A program made the position numbers and the translations under genes. From a bacterium (GTDB taxonomy: Bacteria > Zhuqueibacterota > Zhuqueibacteria > Oceanimicrobiales > Oceanimicrobiaceae), in assembly GCA_046758365.1 (NCBI GenBank), contig JBHIAC010000113.1, positions 1-11,296 of the forward strand: DNA of 11,296 bases. The letters run 5' to 3'. Below are positions 7,299 to 11,296 of this stretch, piece after piece (the stretch's first letter is position 1; each line of letters starts with the position of its first letter). Under the pieces are notes generated by a model. That model saw only the letters and a list, made by a program, of their open reading frames with translations, was not told the DNA's origin and searched no databases.

Positions 7299-7982
7299 AT
7301 GCCAAGATGGGGAATGGTCATTGATTTGAATAAGTGTACCGGCTGTGGTGAATGTGTCGCTGCCTGTAAGGTGGAAAATAATGTGGCCATCGTTGGGCCG
7401 GAAGAGTCAGCCAGAGACCGCACCATGCTTTGGATGGATATCCTGACTATTTATGAAGGGGAATATCCTAATGTTAAAGTACGCCATATACCGCGACCTT
7501 GCTTTCACTGTGACCATCCGCCTTGCACCAAAGTTTGCCCGGTGCGTGCCACCTATCTCAATGAGGAAGGCATTGTGACACAAATATTTCCCCAGTGTAT
7601 AGGATGTCGATATTGTATGGCAGCGTGTCCCTATACCGTTAAATCATTTAACTGGTACAAACCGGGATGGCCAGAAGAAATGGCCGTGGCTTGTAATCCG
7701 GATGTTTCGGTTCGCCCGGTGGGCGTGGTGGAAAAATGTACCTTTTGCATCCATCGGCTTCAGAAAGCCAAAGAACAGGCTGCCGTTGAGAAGCGAGAAT
7801 TGGAAGAAGGAGATTACGTACCAGCTTGTGTGGAGAGCTGTCCAACCAAAGCCATACACTTTGGTGATTTAGATAATTCTAAAAGCGACATAAGTAAATT
7901 GAAAAGAAACCCTCGGGCCTTTCGAATGTTGGAAGATTTGGGAACAGAACCAAAGGTTTATTATTTGTCAGAGGTGGGATAA
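7299..7982 (+). CDS. Four-cluster [4Fe-4S] protein (NrfC/PsrB/QrcC/ActB2 family)
   Basis: RWGMVIDLNKCTGCGECVAAC, PCFHCDHPPCTKVCP, CIGCRYCMAACP and KCTFC...PACVESCP give 16 cluster Cys. NPDVSVRPVGVVEKC and LGTEPKVYYL motifs. No signal peptide; starts 1 nt after the upstream stop. Confidence 0.93.
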   Translation: MPRWGMVIDLNKCTGCGECVAACKVENNVAIVGPEESARDRTMLWMDILTIYEGEYPNVKVRHIPRPCFHCDHPPCTKVCPVRATYLNEEGIVTQIFPQCIGCRYCMAACPYTVKSFNWYKPGWPEEMAVACNPDVSVRPVGVVEKCTFCIHRLQKAKEQAAVEKRELEEGDYVPACVESCPTKAIHFGDLDNSKSDISKLKRNPRAFRMLEDLGTEPKVYYLSEVG

Positions 7983-9323
7983 ATGACCCATTTTCAGCAA
8001 AATTCCTTCGAAGATGATGACCTTATACGACCCATCGAGTATACAGGTTTAGGATTCTACGTAACCATTACTATATTAATAGGAGTTATTGTTTTTGCTA
8101 GCTACACTTACATTAGGCAAATTATTTTTGGATTGGGAGTAACAGGGTTAGCTCAACCAGTGTCGTGGGGTTTCTATATCATCAACTTTGTCTTTTTTAT
8201 TGGTATAAGTCATGCTGGAACACTTATCTCGGCGATTCTACGGCTCTCAAAGGCTGAGTGGCGTCGTCCCATCACGCGCATGGCGGAAGTCATTACAGCT
8301 ATTGTTTTGGCCATCGGTGGACTGCATCCTATCCTTGATTTAGGCCGTCCGGATCGAATGTTGCATCTTATCACCGATGGACGATTGCAATCGCCTTTGC
8401 TTTGGGATGTCACCAGTATCACCGCCTATTTTGCCGCCAGTACAGTGTATCTGTACATTCCTATGATCCCGGATATCGCTATTTTACGCGACCGCGGTGT
8501 CAGACCACGCTGGCTTTATGAGTTTTTGGCTTGGGGTTGGCAAGGCACCCAACACCAGAAGAAAGTACTCGAAAGAGCGATCAACATCCTCATGGTTATG
8601 GTGATTCCAATCGCTGTTTCTGTTCATACCGTCATTTCGTTCATTTTTTCTATGACCCTTCAGCCCGGGTGGCACAGCACGATCTTTGGCCCTTATTTCG
8701 TGGTTGGAGCCATTTTCTCTGGTATCGCCGCCCTGTTGATTGTAATGATTGCATTTCGAAAAGCCTTCCATCTGGAAAAATACTTAAAGGAGATCCATTT
8801 TAAATATTTATCTACATTACTTCTCATTATGTCATTTTTGTGGTTCTATTTTACTTTTTCGGAATATCTAACTGGTTATTACGGTCACGAACCCAATGAA
8901 ATGAGAGTTTTCTTTTATAAATTTATTGGCGACATTTCACCGTTCTATTGGTTAATGATTACGTGTAATTTTATCATACCGGTAGCGATACTAGTGAATC
9001 CCAAAACAAAAAAGATTCCAGGCATCCTCATCGCTTCTATTTGTGTGGTCATTGGAATGTGGTTGGAACGATTGATCGTTGTCGTCCCGTCTTTAGCCAA
9101 TCCAAGATTGCCATATCCAACGGGCATCTACATTCCAACGCTGACCGAATGGAGTCTTTTTGCGGGGGGGATTGCGGTTTTTATTTTAGGTTACCTTGTT
9201 TTTGCAAAATATTTTCCATTAATTTCTATCTGGGAAATTCAAGAAGGCCGCGATCATAGTATTCAAGAAGTTGCTCATCGTCTTAAATCGTATCTTCCCG
9301 AGCACCCGGCCGAAGGCTCTTAG
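7983..9323 (+). CDS. nrfD: NrfD/PsrC-family polytopic quinone-interacting membrane subunit (ActC/QrcD-like)
   Basis: About 10 hydrophobic segments. Motifs WGFYIINFVFFIGISHAGTLISAIL, WRRPITRMAE, DLGRP, SPLLWD, SVHTVIS, PGWHSTIFGPYFVVGAIFSG, GMWLER. ATG directly follows the upstream TAA. Confidence 0.93.
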   Translation: MTHFQQNSFEDDDLIRPIEYTGLGFYVTITILIGVIVFASYTYIRQIIFGLGVTGLAQPVSWGFYIINFVFFIGISHAGTLISAILRLSKAEWRRPITRMAEVITAIVLAIGGLHPILDLGRPDRMLHLITDGRLQSPLLWDVTSITAYFAASTVYLYIPMIPDIAILRDRGVRPRWLYEFLAWGWQGTQHQKKVLERAINILMVMVIPIAVSVHTVISFIFSMTLQPGWHSTIFGPYFVVGAIFSGIAALLIVMIAFRKAFHLEKYLKEIHFKYLSTLLLIMSFLWFYFTFSEYLTGYYGHEPNEMRVFFYKFIGDISPFYWLMITCNFIIPVAILVNPKTKKIPGILIASICVVIGMWLERLIVVVPSLANPRLPYPTGIYIPTLTEWSLFAGGIAVFILGYLVFAKYFPLISIWEIQEGRDHSIQEVAHRLKSYLPEHPAEGS

Positions 9324-9345
9324 GTAAAAGTGAAGGAGTTTAGTA

Positions 9346-9600
9346 ATGCTAAATAAAAAGACAATATTTTATCTTCAAGTCGCTTCCATGACCTATATTT
9401 GGATTTTTGTATTAAGTGTGGCAATCTGGATTCTAAATCTGATAGGGGTGGCGCACAAACTTAAAGATGCTTTTGACGCTTCAGTCGCCATAAGTATTGT
9501 TGCCATTCCGGTATTTTTTACCTTGGCGGGAGTTTTAACGTATGTTTTTGTTGGCTTGCAAAAAGGTCGGAAGCGTGACGATTTAGTGAGTTCAAAATAA
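9346..9600 (+). CDS. Small hypothetical membrane protein (two predicted TM helices)
   Basis: AAGGAG RBS 7 nt upstream; begins 22 nt after the nrfD-like stop; two hydrophobic stretches and a basic C-terminal tail (QKGRKR). Confidence 0.75.
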   Translation: MLNKKTIFYLQVASMTYIWIFVLSVAIWILNLIGVAHKLKDAFDASVAISIVAIPVFFTLAGVLTYVFVGLQKGRKRDDLVSSK

Positions 9601-9756
9601 CTCAAAAAAACAAAGATTTGATTGAGAATACTAATTAAAACTTAAAAATATTTATAAAAATTTTTCAGTGTGAGTTTTAGATCAGTGTGGGAGACTCTTT
9701 AAATTAACATATATTACTGAATTTTTAGGAAAAAATAAGCTAAGGATCAGTAAAAA

Positions 9757-10974
9757 ATGAAAATGCATTATTTACTTGAAAAATCGAACTCTATATTTCT
9801 TGTTTTTGTTTTATTTACCTTTACTCTGCTACCCCTGCGAATTTTTGCCCAGGAGCTAACCGTTCCTGAAAATCCACTAAAAGGCCGTTTCGTGTTTGAG
9901 CAAAAGGGGTGTAGTACCTGTCATTCTATAAAAGGTGAAGGGGGAGATATTGGTCCGGACTTAGGGCAAAAAAAATTCTATGGTAGTTTTCTCCAGCTTG
10001 CTGGAATTATGTGGAATCACGCTCCAGATATGCTCATGCGAATGCGTGAACTGGACTTGCCTTATCCGGAATTTTCCCGGACTGAAATGGTTGAACTTAT
10101 TGCCTATTTATATTATTTGAGATATTTAGGCGAACCCGGTGACTTGTATCGTGGTAAAATATTAGTACAAAAAAAGAGTTGCCTGGTTTGTCATTCCATT
10201 GGTGGCAAGGGCGGTAAGTTAGGACCGGCTTTTGATAAATTAGCAAAATATATCTCACCTTTATATATGGCCCAGGCCTTATGGAACCACGGCCCTAAAA
10301 TGGAAAAGCAAATTAAGAAAATGGGTTTGAAGCGACCTAAATTTGAAAAAGGTGAAATTGTAGACCTCAGTGCTTATATACGTGAAGCGAGCAAGGGCAC
10401 TGTAATGGAACAGGTTTATATGTCTCCTGGTAATCCTAAACGAGGCAAAATTGTTTTTAAAGAAAAAGGTTGCTTAGACTGCCATGCCTTGAATGGTGCA
10501 GGGCAGGATATTGGTCCGGACTTGGGAGAATTAGAATGGGATTATAGCGTTACTGAAATTGCAGGGCTAATGTGGAATCATGGCTCTGAAATGGCTGTGT
10601 TCATGGAAGAGCAGAAGATTAGTTGGCCCAAGTTTAGTGGAAAAGAGATGGCCGATCTAATTGCTTATCTGTACTTTCTAAGGTTTGCAGAAAAGCCCGG
10701 GAACTCTCGTGCAGGCCAAAAAGTCTTTGCAGAAAAAGGGTGTATCCATTGTCATGGTGACGATGCAAAGGGTGGGGAGTATGCGCCGGACCTGACCAAG
10801 TCCAAAGGCCTCTTATCCGCTATAGATATGGCGCGGATTATGTGGAATCATGCGCCGGTCATGGAGGAAAGAATTACAGAAAAGGTCATGCGTTGGCCAG
10901 AATTTTCCGGCAAGCAAATGAGGAATCTTTACGCTTATTTGCATGAACTGTTGAAAATCAAAAAGTTAAATTAA
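9757..10974 (+). CDS. Exported tetraheme cytochrome c made of four tandem class I cytochrome c-like domains
   Basis: Signal peptide ending ..IFA|QE. Four ~93-aa repeats with pattern G...F..KGCxxCH...G.G...GP.L...(M/L)WNH...M...P.F...EM..L.AY(L/I). Heme motifs CSTCH, CLVCH, CLDCH, CIHCH. Confidence 0.9.
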   Translation: MKMHYLLEKSNSIFLVFVLFTFTLLPLRIFAQELTVPENPLKGRFVFEQKGCSTCHSIKGEGGDIGPDLGQKKFYGSFLQLAGIMWNHAPDMLMRMRELDLPYPEFSRTEMVELIAYLYYLRYLGEPGDLYRGKILVQKKSCLVCHSIGGKGGKLGPAFDKLAKYISPLYMAQALWNHGPKMEKQIKKMGLKRPKFEKGEIVDLSAYIREASKGTVMEQVYMSPGNPKRGKIVFKEKGCLDCHALNGAGQDIGPDLGELEWDYSVTEIAGLMWNHGSEMAVFMEEQKISWPKFSGKEMADLIAYLYFLRFAEKPGNSRAGQKVFAEKGCIHCHGDDAKGGEYAPDLTKSKGLLSAIDMARIMWNHAPVMEERITEKVMRWPEFSGKQMRNLYAYLHELLKIKKLN

Positions 10975-11018
10975 AGAAACTTTCATAGCAGCTAAATGAA
11001 CCATAAGTTGCCTTCTAA

Positions 11019-11087
11019 TGTCATTTTGAGTGATGGTCCCGTTCAGCAGTTATTGCGAAACAGAAGAAGAGCCAAGAATCTCTTGGC
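11019..11087. repeat. Possible degenerate REP-like element with a small hairpin
   Basis: TGTCATTTTGAGTGA (11019-11033) ... GAGCCAAGAATCTC (11069-11082) resembles, from recall only, TGTCATTCTGAGCG...AGCGAAGAATCTC-type intergenic repeats. Hairpin GCCAAGA-ATC-TCTTGGC at 11071-11087. Single copy in the window. Confidence 0.3.
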
Positions 11088-11121
11088 GAAATTTAAAGTA
11101 ACTTAATTCTGACAATTAAAG

Positions 11122-11231
11122 CACACTTCTGCAGAATTAATTTAAAGCATGCTCAAAATGGGTGTACAGGCTTCAGCCTGTCTATGACAATATCAACCTA
11201 AAGGTTGTACACCCTATTTTGCAGAAGTATA
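11122..11231. mobile_element. 110-bp MITE-like insertion with terminal inverted repeats, 10-bp flanking direct repeat and an internal inverted REP-like doublet
   Basis: Direct repeat ACAATTAAAG at 11112-11121 and 11232-11241. Left end CACACTTCTGCAGAAT matches the reverse complement of the right end (TATACTTCTGCAAAAT) at 13/16. Internal arms GGGTGTACAGGCTTCAGCCTG (11160-11180) and CAACCTAAAGGTTGTACACCC (11194-11214). Confidence 0.75.
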
Positions 11232-11258
11232 ACAATTAAAGAAAAAAGGAGGATTAAA

Positions 11259-11296
11259 ATGCAAAAGATGTTCTGGATTGTGCTTATGCTTATTTT
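11259..11296 (+). CDS. 5' start of a downstream gene (partial), signal-peptide-like N-terminus
   Basis: AAGGAGG RBS at 11246-11252, ATG at 11259, reads MQKMFWIVLMLI... and runs off the window edge. Confidence 0.7.
   Translation, partial: MQKMFWIVLMLI

Noticed and set aside
4814..9323. Calling the module an active polysulfide, tetrathionate, arsenate or nitrate reductase (psrABC, ttr, arr, nap)
   Set aside because: No Cys at the expected Mo-ligand position, degenerate pterin-contact motifs, and an ActA/QrcA-type cytochrome in front. A substrate-specific name is not supportable.
1327..9605. Short alternative-frame and antisense ORFs in the supplied track (e.g. 1327-1566, 1943-2230, 2641-2946, 3091-3399, 6201-6455, 8484-8771, 9393-9605)
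   Set aside because: All overlap long, motif-rich + strand genes and show no recognisable domains; treated as shadow ORFs.
9665..9689. Direct repeat TCAGTGTG (9665-9672, 9682-9689) as an operator
   Set aside because: Only two 8-bp copies, no matching promoter or second occurrence; cannot be told from chance.
9757..10974. Assigning a specific name (SoxD, cytochrome c4, cbb3 CcoP) to the tetraheme protein
   Set aside because: No sox or oxidase genes in the window, and I cannot tie the WNH repeat to a characterised protein with confidence.
11071..11087. GCCAAGA-ATC-TCTTGGC as an intrinsic terminator for the tetraheme gene
   Set aside because: 7-bp stem with no adjacent U tract on the + strand, about 100 nt past the stop; more likely part of a degenerate repeat.
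1..11296. rRNA, tRNA, transposase, integrase or selenoprotein genes
   Set aside because: No such sequence recognised; the long ORFs are uninterrupted and end in TAA or TAG, with no in-frame TGA or frameshift evident.

Overview
AT-rich bacterial DNA carrying one co-oriented (+ strand) respiratory gene cluster. A T9SS-type C-terminal sorting domain together with strong Shine-Dalgarno sites suggests a non-Bacteroidia FCB lineage such as KSB1, Calditrichota or Ignavibacteria (inference). Gene order: 3' end of an upstream membrane-protein gene; a candidate sigma-54 promoter with palindromic enhancer sites and an IHF-like site; a stand-alone atypical receiver protein; a 995-aa exported multiheme cytochrome c (7 CxxCH + 2 CxxxCH, an EB_dh/DOMON heme domain and a T9SS-type CTD) followed by a strong hairpin; a four-gene Qrc/alternative complex III-like module (pentaheme cytochrome c, Tat-lipoprotein of molybdopterin-oxidoreductase fold that probably lacks Mo, 4x[4Fe-4S] protein, NrfD/ActC-like membrane subunit); an 84-aa two-helix membrane protein; a tetraheme cytochrome built from four class I domains; and the start of another probably exported protein. 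Two intergenic regions hold MITE/REP-like elements. Main hypothesis (untested): a quinone-pool-to-cell-surface electron conduit ending in a T9SS-secreted multiheme cytochrome.
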